A stretch of DNA of 64,000 nt from an uncultured virus (IMG/VR IMGVR_UViG_3300043774_000645) (lineage: Duplodnaviria; Heunggongvirae; Uroviricota; Caudoviricetes): the IMG/VR virus record IMGVR_UViG_3300043774_000645; one strand, written 5' to 3'. Positions 18,067 to 26,865 of this stretch are shown piece after piece. Below the pieces are notes generated by a model. It was not told the origin of the DNA and ran no database searches. It worked only from the letters and a program-made list of their open reading frames with translations. A program made the position numbers and the translations under genes. Each line of letters begins with the position of its first letter. The first letter of the stretch is position 1.

Positions 18067-18115
18067 TTATTCCCCTTTCAAGCGAATAAGTTAATGTATC
18101 CCCGTAGGCAATACA
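18067..18115 (-). promoter_or_regulatory. Two-hairpin 5' UTR of hsp20, candidate RNA thermometer
   Basis: Hairpin 1 TGTATTGCC-TACG-GGGATACA; hairpin 2 TTATTC-GCTTGAAAGGG-GAATAA hides the SD; TGATATAAT at 18121-18129. Confidence 0.5.
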
Positions 18116-18146
18116 ATATAATTATATCATAGGATAGAGTGTGTTT

Positions 18147-19232
18147 TTAGTTGCCAATCTTCATAAGGCCTCTAGAGGCTTCAAATTTAGAATAAAAATC
18201 ATCTAATTCAATTCCAGTAGCTTTTTTAAATCCATCAGAAAAATTTCCTTCAGAATTTGTATACTTAAAAATATTTAGTAGGCTCTCAAACCCTACAGAG
18301 GCAATAATATATTCAGTCGCAGCCTGTCCAATTCCGTATGGATTTAATGATGGATTTGCCAGGTAATCATGATCTGAAAGTGGTGTTGAATAATTTTTCG
18401 TATAACTTAGTTCTACTTGAATACGACGTCCTTGTTGGTATGAATAAAATCCCATTTTTTCAACCATGTAGTACCCAAAATAATTTGCGCTTCCTTCAAT
18501 TAACCATCTTGGAATTCTTTTGGACGATAAATCAGTCATGGGACCTCCATGAACTGTAAACTGAGGACCAGTAAGAAAATATTGAATAGTATGAAAAAAC
18601 TCATGTGCTGGTGCTGAGCGATAAAGTACTGTCCAATATGATTGTGATGGATTTTTTGTAATTAATAGTATGAGGTTTTTATCTGCACAAAGAACATCAA
18701 GTTTTCCATCACTGCAAGGATAAGGTCCACCTGGAGAGCCCATCCAAAGATTCATACTACTTAAAGTTGACTTAGACCATTCATGGCTTGTTCCTGCAAA
18801 CACTTTAATGTTTTTATTTTCAATACTTTTAAAGGCACCATTTGAATAATCAAGCATTTTAGCAATCCAAATACGATCAGATTCTGGAAGTTCTTTATCA
18901 ATAAATATTTCGTATTTGCTGTCTGGAACTACTTTTCCAAAATAGTTATTTGTAGAATCAAGTGCTGAGTTAACCATTAATTCAGTATCAAAATTTGTAG
19001 ACCAAGCAGAGAATGAAACAATTTCTGCTTTTGAAGATTGGTTTACTTTTTTCCAAACAAGTTTTTTACCTGATTTAACACAGACAAAACTGTTTGACTG
19101 AAATACAGTGTTTTGATTTTTTATTTTACATATAGACCCTGAATTAATTACATTTGCCGAATAAGAGTTTTGAATTGAAATAGAAGAAAATATTAAAGAA
19201 ATAAATATAAAAAATATTTTATTTTTTTTCAC
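18147..19232 (-). CDS. Secreted HEXXH zinc metallopeptidase-like protein
   Basis: Signal peptide; HEFFH...WLIEGSANY (gluzincin-like third ligand). Confidence 0.75.
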   Translation of the reverse strand: MKKNKIFFIFISLIFSSISIQNSYSANVINSGSICKIKNQNTVFQSNSFVCVKSGKKLVWKKVNQSSKAEIVSFSAWSTNFDTELMVNSALDSTNNYFGKVVPDSKYEIFIDKELPESDRIWIAKMLDYSNGAFKSIENKNIKVFAGTSHEWSKSTLSSMNLWMGSPGGPYPCSDGKLDVLCADKNLILLITKNPSQSYWTVLYRSAPAHEFFHTIQYFLTGPQFTVHGGPMTDLSSKRIPRWLIEGSANYFGYYMVEKMGFYSYQQGRRIQVELSYTKNYSTPLSDHDYLANPSLNPYGIGQAATEYIIASVGFESLLNIFKYTNSEGNFSDGFKKATGIELDDFYSKFEASRGLMKIGN

Positions 19233-19233
19233 G

Positions 19234-19452
19234 TTACTCCTTTATTTTAAAAACTACTTGGCAAGGATCTCCGCCATCTTCCCATTCTTGCATTTCTTCA
19301 TCTGTCATATATGAATCACCTTCATGTGTATTACAAAAGGGTTCTGTTATCCATCCTCTTTGAATACCGTTTTCAAGCCAAATTTCAAACTCATTATAAT
19401 CTGATTCGCTACTTTGAATATCTTTTAATATTTCTTCAAATTCTTCACTCAT
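19234..19452 (-). CDS. Small acidic hypothetical protein
   Basis: ORF; TATACT 6 nt before ATG. Confidence 0.6.
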   Translation of the reverse strand: MSEEFEEILKDIQSSESDYNEFEIWLENGIQRGWITEPFCNTHEGDSYMTDEEMQEWEDGGDPCQVVFKIKE

Positions 19453-19467
19453 ATATATAGTATATCC

Positions 19468-19998
19468 TTAAACGCTTACTACGTCAACTGGACCCATACA
19501 TGATGGATTAAACTTTATTGCAGAATTAACTGCTCCCACAACTCTTTTTCTTTGATCTTTGGCTTTTTCTGTAGCATTAAGATATCCATAAGCATATTCT
19601 GCTCCTGATCCCATAGCTAAATATGGAAGGGTATATTTAGATAAAGACATATCTGCAGAGCTATGTTCATAAATTTGACCACGAACTACAATAATTAAAC
19701 CAAGGTCTCCATCTTTTGATGTATCTACCCAAAAATCATTATAGAATCCTCTAAGTTGTTTAATAAATTTGGTTTGCATAAATTTATCTGTATCTTTAAT
19801 GTCTGGAACATAAGGATTAAAATTATAGCGAATACGCTCTCCATCCATTGCACCTGCATATCCAATTAAATATGGACCAAGCTTCCAAACCTTTGGACTA
19901 GACAATGCTAGAATGGTTCCATCATCTGATGCACCACGATCTCCAGCCATATAAACTTTATTATTTATTTCATCACGAACTACAGCAATACAGGTCAC
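19468..19998 (-). CDS. Ntn-hydrolase, HslV/proteasome-beta-like protease
   Basis: GTG 19998 with SD GGAGGGG gives N-terminal Thr (TCIAV...AGDRG...K...GYAG...AMGSG). Confidence 0.8.
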   Translation of the reverse strand: MTCIAVVRDEINNKVYMAGDRGASDDGTILALSSPKVWKLGPYLIGYAGAMDGERIRYNFNPYVPDIKDTDKFMQTKFIKQLRGFYNDFWVDTSKDGDLGLIIVVRGQIYEHSSADMSLSKYTLPYLAMGSGAEYAYGYLNATEKAKDQRKRVVGAVNSAIKFNPSCMGPVDVVSV

Positions 19999-20026
19999 GA
20001 CAAACCCCTCCAGATAAGTATATTTA

Positions 20027-20055
20027 AGTATACCATTGCCTGAAGGGGCTGTCAA
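20027..20055 (-). promoter_or_regulatory. Near-consensus SigA promoter
   Basis: TTGACA-17 nt-(TGG)TATACT. Confidence 0.85.
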
Positions 20056-20071
20056 TTAAGGCAAATAATGA

Positions 20072-20362
20072 CTAATTAGCTTTTTTGTCTACAGCATTAA
20101 ATGCAGAATTAATCTCAGCTACCGTTAGCTTTCCATCATCTAGAAATCCACGTGCCAGTCTTTCTACTACAGTGGCTACTCCAAGGGTTCCAGCAAGGAT
20201 TACAGCATCTAGTGTGCTAATTCCTACTACCGCTCCAGCACCAATAACCGAAAGTCCTGATGCTGCAAAGACCGCAACTATTCTAGCAAGGATATTTCCT
20301 ATGCTAGCAACTGCTCCTCCACCTACTTGTTTTGGGGCTTCTACTATTTTTTTTGTTGCCAT
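20072..20362 (-). CDS. Small membrane protein
   Basis: Two Ala/Gly/Val-rich TM segments; LDDGKLT motif. Confidence 0.65.
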   Translation of the reverse strand: MATKKIVEAPKQVGGGAVASIGNILARIVAVFAASGLSVIGAGAVVGISTLDAVILAGTLGVATVVERLARGFLDDGKLTVAEINSAFNAVDKKAN

Positions 20363-20366
20363 TTTA

Positions 20367-20543
20367 TTACTCCTTATTTCTAATTGGGCTAGTTAAAATC
20401 CAAAGTGTTGTAGTTGCTATAATTCCATATCCAACTATCGTTTTTGCACTTCCATCAAGGACTACCCAAGCAATAAACATTCCAAGAAGGGTCCATGCTT
20501 GGTCAATCAGATCTTTCACTATATTTTTTATTATTCTTACCAT
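20367..20543 (-). CDS. Small 2-TM membrane protein (58 aa, not in ORF track)
   Basis: MVRIIKNIVKDLIDQAWTLLGMFIAWVVLDGSAK...; SD GGAGG, overlaps upstream stop. Confidence 0.7.
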   Translation of the reverse strand: MVRIIKNIVKDLIDQAWTLLGMFIAWVVLDGSAKTIVGYGIIATTTLWILTSPIRNKE

Positions 20544-22948
20544 TTTCTTCCTCCTCTTGAACCTGGTGAATTAGCTCCTGATGAGCCTCCTCCAGAACTT
20601 CCTCCGCCACCTGTGCTACTTCCAGTGGCTCCTGCAGCTGCAACACCTGCTGCATTAATTGCTGCTCCCGCTGCTACAACTGTTGCTATAACCATGTCAG
20701 TTGCTTCTTCACGTTCTTGTGTAGACATGTCTGCACCAATACTTCCTAAAGCAAGTAAAACCTGTGCTGGATCTTCAAATATTGCACCAATTAATTCTGA
20801 AGGATTTTCAAGAACAACAAGTGCTGCAGCAACTTCTGCAGTAATTACAACAGAATTTCCATTTTCATCAGTTCTAATGTCAACAGGTGTTTCTGCAGGT
20901 AAATCTTCATATTCAATTCCAGCATCTTTAATTTGTTCTGATGTAAGTGTTTCTCCTTCAGCAACTGATTCAAGAAGAGCATCTGCGATAAGGTCTTTTT
21001 CAGCTTCTGTTAATTTACCATCTTCAGAAAGAGCATCCGAAAGATTATTAACTTCTTCAGGTGTAATTTCACCATCTGCATTTAATGCATCTAAAATTTC
21101 TTCAGCATCTTCTGATGTTATTTTGCCATCATCAAGTGCATCTTCTACAGCAGTGTCAACAACTTCTTCTTGTGTAGGTTCAGGCTCTATAGTTGGCTCT
21201 TCTGGTATCTCTGGCTCTACTGGCTCTGGAATTGTTGGTTCTTCTGGTTCTGGTTCAATTGGTTCTTCTGGCTCTGGTAATTCTGGCTCAATTGGTTCTT
21301 CAGGTTCAACGGTCTCTGGAATAATTTCTGGTTGAACAACTACAATATATACTGGAGCTGGGGCTGGAATAGATAAAATAAATTCATCATAGACACTTGT
21401 AGGTCCAGACCAGTTTGCAACAGATATGGTATATGTAGCACCCTGTTCTAGTCCAGAGATTTCAAATATTTCTGGAGAGCCATCTGTATTTAATGTTTGT
21501 CCATCGTATGGATTAGCGGCATTTTCATCATCTGCAGTTATAGTATAAAACCATGTATTTCCTGTGTAGCCTTCAGGCATAGAAATTGAAACAGTGGCAA
21601 CACCGCCTTCAAATACTATATCTTCAATAGTTGGTGGTGGAGTAGGAATATAGTTATTAATTGCATTAGTAAGGTTTGTTGCTCTTGTTGTTAATAGTGT
21701 TTGAAGATTAGCTTTAGCGGTATTTGCTGCATTAATACCGTTTTGAATTGTAGAAATAGAAGGTATTGTATTTACTAATTGTTGGTTGCTTGTATTTACA
21801 ACAACAATAGCAGTAATTCTTTGGTTTAATTCAGATAGTTGAGCATTTGCTGAATCTACAATAGCCTGTACTCCAGAATTATCTGTAGTATTAGTAGGAG
21901 CAGTATAGTTTCCTTGACCTACTGTTCCTTCAAACTCATTTGTTCCATCTAAATCTTGGTCTACAATTTGAGTAATTTCTCCACCTGCTGTTTGTCTATA
22001 GTTCCATCTTGTTGTGTCTACATGTGGACCAACTCCAGAAACATCTGCTACCCAAGCACCAGTTGTTGGATTTACATCTGCATTAAATCTTATTTGTGTA
22101 AGTTGAATTGAAGAGTCTGTTGTTGGAAAAGCACGAAGATCCCAAGCAATATCTAAACTATTTTGTGTTGTTGCATATGTAATTCCAGAACCGTAGCTCC
22201 AAGTTGTCCAATCCATTCCAGCAAGAGAAACTGATGGGGCATTTGGTGTATCCCAATATACATGACCTTCATTTGTTCCAAAGGTTAAAGTTGCATTTGA
22301 TCCAACAAAGATAGAGTTGTATACAATATCTCCCATTCTCATATTAAATGGTAATATTAATTGAACTCCAGCATCGTCTACTCCCTGAAGAACATCTCTA
22401 ACTGTAGCAATTGTTGCCTGAAGTGCATTAATTGCATCTTGAGCATTAGATATAGAAGCGTTTGCTTGTGAGAATTCTGTAGATGCAGTACTTATTGCAG
22501 TCGTAACTTCAGATCTTGCTGTAGTTGCCTCCGCTAATTCTGATTGTGCTAACACTGTAGATATGGCATTGACTGCTGTTTGAGCGTCTATAACAGTAGA
22601 TTTTGCCTCAGAGACTATGGTTGAGGTTTGATCTATGCCAGTAGCATTTGTTATTATTGTAATTGCAGCATTTATTTGATTTACTTCAGATGTTGCAGTA
22701 GATACTTGTGTACCAACATTTATAGAGGCAGTCTGAGCTTGTTGAGCCTGAGTTATTGCATTTGGCACTAATGGTGCTACCGCAGCAGATGCAGCCTCAG
22801 ATTCTTGTACTTGAGTTGTAGCAATTCCTAAAGCAATAATTACTGTTTCTTCAAGTGTATCTCCATGTGCGTCATATGAAGGCACGAAAAATAAAACTAA
22901 TGATAACAAAATCCCCACTAACCATATCCTGATTAGTTTTTTTTTAAT
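20537..22948 (-). CDS. Large secreted, C-terminally membrane-anchored surface protein (probable ATT start)
   Basis: Signal peptide, Ala/Thr coiled coil, beta-rich domain, FN3-like repeat (GLEQGATYTISV), Pro/Glu repeat linker, acidic DGKIT/DGEIT repeats, TM plus GS tail and RRK. Confidence 0.75.
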   Translation of the reverse strand: MKKKLIRIWLVGILLSLVLFFVPSYDAHGDTLEETVIIALGIATTQVQESEAASAAVAPLVPNAITQAQQAQTASINVGTQVSTATSEVNQINAAITIITNATGIDQTSTIVSEAKSTVIDAQTAVNAISTVLAQSELAEATTARSEVTTAISTASTEFSQANASISNAQDAINALQATIATVRDVLQGVDDAGVQLILPFNMRMGDIVYNSIFVGSNATLTFGTNEGHVYWDTPNAPSVSLAGMDWTTWSYGSGITYATTQNSLDIAWDLRAFPTTDSSIQLTQIRFNADVNPTTGAWVADVSGVGPHVDTTRWNYRQTAGGEITQIVDQDLDGTNEFEGTVGQGNYTAPTNTTDNSGVQAIVDSANAQLSELNQRITAIVVVNTSNQQLVNTIPSISTIQNGINAANTAKANLQTLLTTRATNLTNAINNYIPTPPPTIEDIVFEGGVATVSISMPEGYTGNTWFYTITADDENAANPYDGQTLNTDGSPEIFEISGLEQGATYTISVANWSGPTSVYDEFILSIPAPAPVYIVVVQPEIIPETVEPEEPIEPELPEPEEPIEPEPEEPTIPEPVEPEIPEEPTIEPEPTQEEVVDTAVEDALDDGKITSEDAEEILDALNADGEITPEEVNNLSDALSEDGKLTEAEKDLIADALLESVAEGETLTSEQIKDAGIEYEDLPAETPVDIRTDENGNSVVITAEVAAALVVLENPSELIGAIFEDPAQVLLALGSIGADMSTQEREEATDMVIATVVAAGAAINAAGVAAAGATGSSTGGGGSSGGGSSGANSPGSRGGRKW

Positions 22949-23009
22949 TTTATCTCCTATTTTAGCCTGTGGTGTTGACTAATAGGACTATTATATCATT
23001 TTATTGCAC

Positions 23010-23039
23010 AAAAAAGGGAGCCAAAATTAATTGACTCCC
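23010..23039 (-). terminator. Intrinsic terminator
   Basis: GGGAGTCAA-TTAATT-TTGGCTCCC followed by a T run. Confidence 0.8.
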
Positions 23040-23056
23040 CTAATTGTTGGACTAGG

Positions 23057-24040
23057 TTACTTAATTAGTGCAACCTTTGCACGTGGATTCTTTGCATTCC
23101 ACTTCTTAGCAAGTGCATTAAACTTTGCCTTATGATCTGCAATTGCAGTTGCAAGTGCTAGATCTGAAGCAGCCTTTTCAGAAACTGCAGCAGCTTTAGT
23201 TACAGCGTGTGCTGCTCTTTCAGCAATAAGTTGTGCCTGAACAGAAGCAAGCTCTGTTGCAAGATCACGAATTGATACATTCTTAACTGCAACCCCTACT
23301 GGTGCTGCAAGACCTGCTACTGCTGCAGCAACTGTTGCTGTTGCAACAAGAGTAATTGATCCAGATGCTGGAACAGTTACATCTACAGTCTTAAGACCAA
23401 GAACTGTTGATCCTGCTGTTGCTGTATCTGTTGTATGTACAGTTGTTGTTGATGCGGTTGATGTAACAACCTGAAGGCTAACTGATGCAGCAGCAATAGC
23501 ATTTCCAAATACATCGTATGCGCCAAGAACTACCTTTTGGGTTGTTCCTGCAGCAGCAGTATCTGGTGTTGACATTGTGATTGCATTAAGTGCTCCAGCT
23601 GAACCCTTAAAGTAGTATGTAGTTGATGATCCACCAACTGTAATTACTACAGATCCATCTGCTACAGATGTTGTAAATACATAGAATGTTGCAGTAGCTC
23701 CACTACCTGTATTAACTGATGCTGTTGCAGATCCTGCTGTTGCAACGATTGGAGCCAAGGCTGTACCAATTGTTGTTAGAATCTTACCGTTTGTTGCAGA
23801 TGCCGTTACTACTGTATTAGCAGCAAGTGAATCTACTACGATTGTTAGTGCTTTTGAAACAAGAACATTGTTCTGGTCTGGCACTGGAATTGATACTGGG
23901 CTTACAGCAGTTGTTCCGCCTACGGCAGCAACTGAGTTTACAGTTAGAGTTGTAGCAGCACTTGCTGATGTAACTCCAACCATTGTGCCCATTGCTAAGG
24001 CTGCAGCGATAGCAACTGAGATTTTCTTAAATGAATTCAT
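23057..24040 (-). CDS. Secreted Ala/Thr/Val-rich surface (S-layer/Ig-like) protein
   Basis: Signal peptide MNSFKKIS...ASA; beta-rich core; basic helical C-terminus FNALAKKWNAKNP. Confidence 0.65.
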   Translation of the reverse strand: MNSFKKISVAIAAALAMGTMVGVTSASAATTLTVNSVAAVGGTTAVSPVSIPVPDQNNVLVSKALTIVVDSLAANTVVTASATNGKILTTIGTALAPIVATAGSATASVNTGSGATATFYVFTTSVADGSVVITVGGSSTTYYFKGSAGALNAITMSTPDTAAAGTTQKVVLGAYDVFGNAIAAASVSLQVVTSTASTTTVHTTDTATAGSTVLGLKTVDVTVPASGSITLVATATVAAAVAGLAAPVGVAVKNVSIRDLATELASVQAQLIAERAAHAVTKAAAVSEKAASDLALATAIADHKAKFNALAKKWNAKNPRAKVALIK

Positions 24041-24057
24041 TATTCTCCTTGTTTATT

Positions 24058-25845
24058 TTATATTAGTTTAAATTGATCAAGATAATCCCTGACATTTTCA
24101 GGAATTTTTTGACTATCTAATTCTATCATAGACTGCTCTTCTTTGGCAATTTTTGAGGAACTAGAAGACCATGTGTGTATCTCTATCTCTATATTAGTAT
24201 TTTTTGGTGTATGAGATAATGCACCAAAGACAGCACCTGTTACAGCATCTGAAAGGTCTTTAGATTTTTTTCTAGGGTGGTCAACCTTTTTATCATTAAT
24301 AATTTTAAGTTCTGACATTTCATCAAGTAGAAGTGGTATGTGTGGCATTATCACTCTTTCTTCATAAACCATCATTGCTAGATCTTCGTAATGTTTTTTA
24401 CCAACAGAAACAGTATCGGTTCTTATTCCTACTGCTTGAAGTTCTTGCTGAATATCAAACGATTGCCATCTGTCAAAGCTAACCATACCTAGATTAAATC
24501 CTTGCCTGCGAAGATTTTGAATCCATTGTTTTACCTCAGAGAGGTTGACTGGTCCTTCAACTTTTGGTTCCCACCAAACTACGGCATCAACAACAATCAT
24601 TGGAGCAACCTGTTCATAATCTTTTACAACCTGAAGGTTAACCCATTTGTCAACATGGGCAATTGCTACTGCACACTTATCGTGTTTTTGTGCAAGGTCA
24701 GCATGTACATAATAAATTTTATCTGGGTCTGGAACAAATGAGGCGTCAAACCTTTTATTAGAATCAATTGGATTTCTTGTAGTCATACATTTTTCAAGTT
24801 TTTCTTTTTGCTTAAAGAATGCATCTGAAGAGTATGTTGGAATACAAGCAAACCTTTGCATTGCATCACCCATATCAGTAAAGAATGCTAATTTAAAATC
24901 ATCAATTTGTCTTGTTGGGTTGACTACCCAAGTTGGTCTTTTTAAAGCAAACACTCCAGGATACTTATAGGAAATAATAGTATCTTCATCCCAGGCAATA
25001 TCTAAATAGTTTCCTTCAAGGTCTTCTGGAAACTCTGGATTCATTATAAACCTATGTGTCTTTGTTATAATCTCTTTTTCCATAATTGCTGCTTCGTATT
25101 TCTGAGATATAAAGTCCCCTGGATATCTGGGAAACGAAAGCAATGCAACCTTTCCTAAATCAGGAAAACGAGAGTCTACTGAAGCACGGAAGGCTTTATA
25201 TATGTTGTCAGCAGTTTTACCTTGATCGTTTGCAGTTCCAACTTCATTTGCAAACCCTGAAATTTCATCAAGTACTGCAAGGATTAAGTTTAAACCCTCA
25301 TGGGATTCTCTTTCTGAGTGACCAGAATAAACTGTTATACCTTTATCAAATTCAATTGATTCAGCCTTTGAGTTATATTTTCCAGCAAACCATTCAGACT
25401 TTTCAATTTTATTTTTAAAACCTTTAAAGAAAACATTTTTAGCTTGTTGTGCATTTATAGCAATATTAATAATATCTATTGCATCTCCACTTGGTTTTCC
25501 AAAATATCTAGCAGGGTCTTTTAAACAAAGTAACTTATAAACAATATAAGAACAAGCAACAGTAGAGGTAAAATCTTTTCCAGAGCCTTTGCCCAGCTGA
25601 AGAATAATTTCATTCTTTGTATATTTTTTATAGTATTTTCTTCCTTCTGCTTCTCCCATTATGTCTATAAGGTCTTCTTGTCTGTATATCTGACTCATTG
25701 CTTCTACAATGTCATATTGAACATCTGATAGTGGTGGTTGGTTTAGGTATGACTCACCTTCAACAAATGTTTTAGCGTCTACTGGCATTTGTTCAAAATT
25801 ATTATTTTTTAATACCTCAAAAAAATCATTGAACATCGTGGACAA
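24058..25845 (-). CDS. terL: Terminase large subunit
   Basis: LGKGSGKD Walker A, AVLDE Walker B, HADLA and SFDRWQS nuclease motifs, KVDHP...KDLSDA. Confidence 0.92.
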   Translation of the reverse strand: MSTMFNDFFEVLKNNNFEQMPVDAKTFVEGESYLNQPPLSDVQYDIVEAMSQIYRQEDLIDIMGEAEGRKYYKKYTKNEIILQLGKGSGKDFTSTVACSYIVYKLLCLKDPARYFGKPSGDAIDIINIAINAQQAKNVFFKGFKNKIEKSEWFAGKYNSKAESIEFDKGITVYSGHSERESHEGLNLILAVLDEISGFANEVGTANDQGKTADNIYKAFRASVDSRFPDLGKVALLSFPRYPGDFISQKYEAAIMEKEIITKTHRFIMNPEFPEDLEGNYLDIAWDEDTIISYKYPGVFALKRPTWVVNPTRQIDDFKLAFFTDMGDAMQRFACIPTYSSDAFFKQKEKLEKCMTTRNPIDSNKRFDASFVPDPDKIYYVHADLAQKHDKCAVAIAHVDKWVNLQVVKDYEQVAPMIVVDAVVWWEPKVEGPVNLSEVKQWIQNLRRQGFNLGMVSFDRWQSFDIQQELQAVGIRTDTVSVGKKHYEDLAMMVYEERVIMPHIPLLLDEMSELKIINDKKVDHPRKKSKDLSDAVTGAVFGALSHTPKNTNIEIEIHTWSSSSSKIAKEEQSMIELDSQKIPENVRDYLDQFKLI

Positions 25846-26362
25846 CTGTAATCACTTCTCCCTCTTTTGCAATAGCAGAAAGTCTTTTCATTATTAAGTC
25901 ACGAATTTCTGGATGAGATGATGCAATATCTCTAAGAATTCCAACAAGAACTTCTTGTCGTTTTTCTATTTCAACCATTTCTTCTGCAAGTTCTTTGTTT
26001 TCAAGAAGTCCAGCTTTTTGTAACATGTCAATTCTTTTAGACTCAATATCCATAACAAGTTTAATTGCTGCAGTCTTTGCACTAAGATTATTAATCATTG
26101 ATGCTTCATCAATAACTTCGTATGATTTTAAAATTAACTTGCTGTAGTGTGCATCTGCACCAGCAAGTGCATCTTTTGCACGTGCACGAATAGCTGTATT
26201 ATTTGATGTTTTTTCTTTCCATTCATCAATATATGCAACAACACGAACTCTTGGTAAGGATAATTCTTTAGAGATTTTTGTTGGATCACTGCCTTTTAAA
26301 TACTCTTCAACGACAGTATTCATTGTATCAAGATGTTTAACAAGCTCTTCTTCAGTTGACAT
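25826..26362 (-). CDS. Probable terminase small subunit / HTH protein
   Basis: N-terminal HTH-like region, helical body, directly upstream of terL. Confidence 0.55.
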   Translation of the reverse strand: MSTEEELVKHLDTMNTVVEEYLKGSDPTKISKELSLPRVRVVAYIDEWKEKTSNNTAIRARAKDALAGADAHYSKLILKSYEVIDEASMINNLSAKTAAIKLVMDIESKRIDMLQKAGLLENKELAEEMVEIEKRQEVLVGILRDIASSHPEIRDLIMKRLSAIAKEGEVITVVHDVQ

Positions 26363-26594
26363 ACTTACCTTCTAGTCTATTAATTTCATCTTTAATGTAA
26401 AAGATTGCTTTTTCTAGATCTTGAATAGTTTTTGCCTCATCTTTAAGTCCTGCTCTCCAAAGATATTTAAATGCATTTCCAATATTAAAATTGCGATGAC
26501 GTGTAATTTCTATACATTCTACTCCAGAAGGATCTGTTGTATAGTGTCGTGGATGATTTACTTGATCAACTGTAATTGTTAAATTATCACTCAT
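26352..26594 (-). CDS. DUF3310-family protein
   Basis: DQVNHPRHY..GVECI..FNIGNAFKYLWRAG.K..QDLEKA.FYI. Confidence 0.88.
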   Translation of the reverse strand: MSDNLTITVDQVNHPRHYTTDPSGVECIEITRHRNFNIGNAFKYLWRAGLKDEAKTIQDLEKAIFYIKDEINRLEGKYVN

Positions 26595-26709
26595 CGTCTG
26601 CCTCCCAATCAAATAATTCTGGCAATCCTCTTAGCGCCGTAAATACATATGTAACACCTACTGCACCAGCAATACCTAAACCAATAAGAATTTTTTGTGC
26701 TTTACTCAT
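26587..26709 (-). CDS. Small single-TM protein (40 aa, not in ORF track)
   Basis: MSKAQKILIGLGIAGAVGVTYVF...; ATGA coupling with upstream ORF. Confidence 0.6.
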   Translation of the reverse strand: MSKAQKILIGLGIAGAVGVTYVFTALRGLPELFDWEADDE

Positions 26710-26861
26710 CTTTTTGACTTCCTTAAATTAAATTTAGCAAGATAAACATAGATTGTCTCTACGCTTGACCCACACTCTTTGGCAATATCTTCTGGACTTT
26801 TTTTGTCTATTAAATATCGTTTACGTAACCAAACTTCGCTTGTATATAGTTTACCAGGCAT
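26706..26861 (-). CDS. Small HTH DNA-binding protein (51 aa, not in ORF track)
   Basis: WLRKRYLIDKKSPEDIAKECGSSVETIYVYL. Confidence 0.7.
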   Translation of the reverse strand: MPGKLYTSEVWLRKRYLIDKKSPEDIAKECGSSVETIYVYLAKFNLRKSKR

Positions 26862-26865
26862 GATG

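Noticed and set aside
21170..21330. Short tandem repeats (GGTTCTTCTGG-like) as an array
   Set aside because: They encode the in-frame EPEEP linker; irregular, with no unique spacers.
20499..21335. 278-aa plus-strand ORF
   Set aside because: Antisense shadow of the low-complexity Pro/Glu/Ala part of the surface protein; no RBS and a Ser-rich mirror composition.
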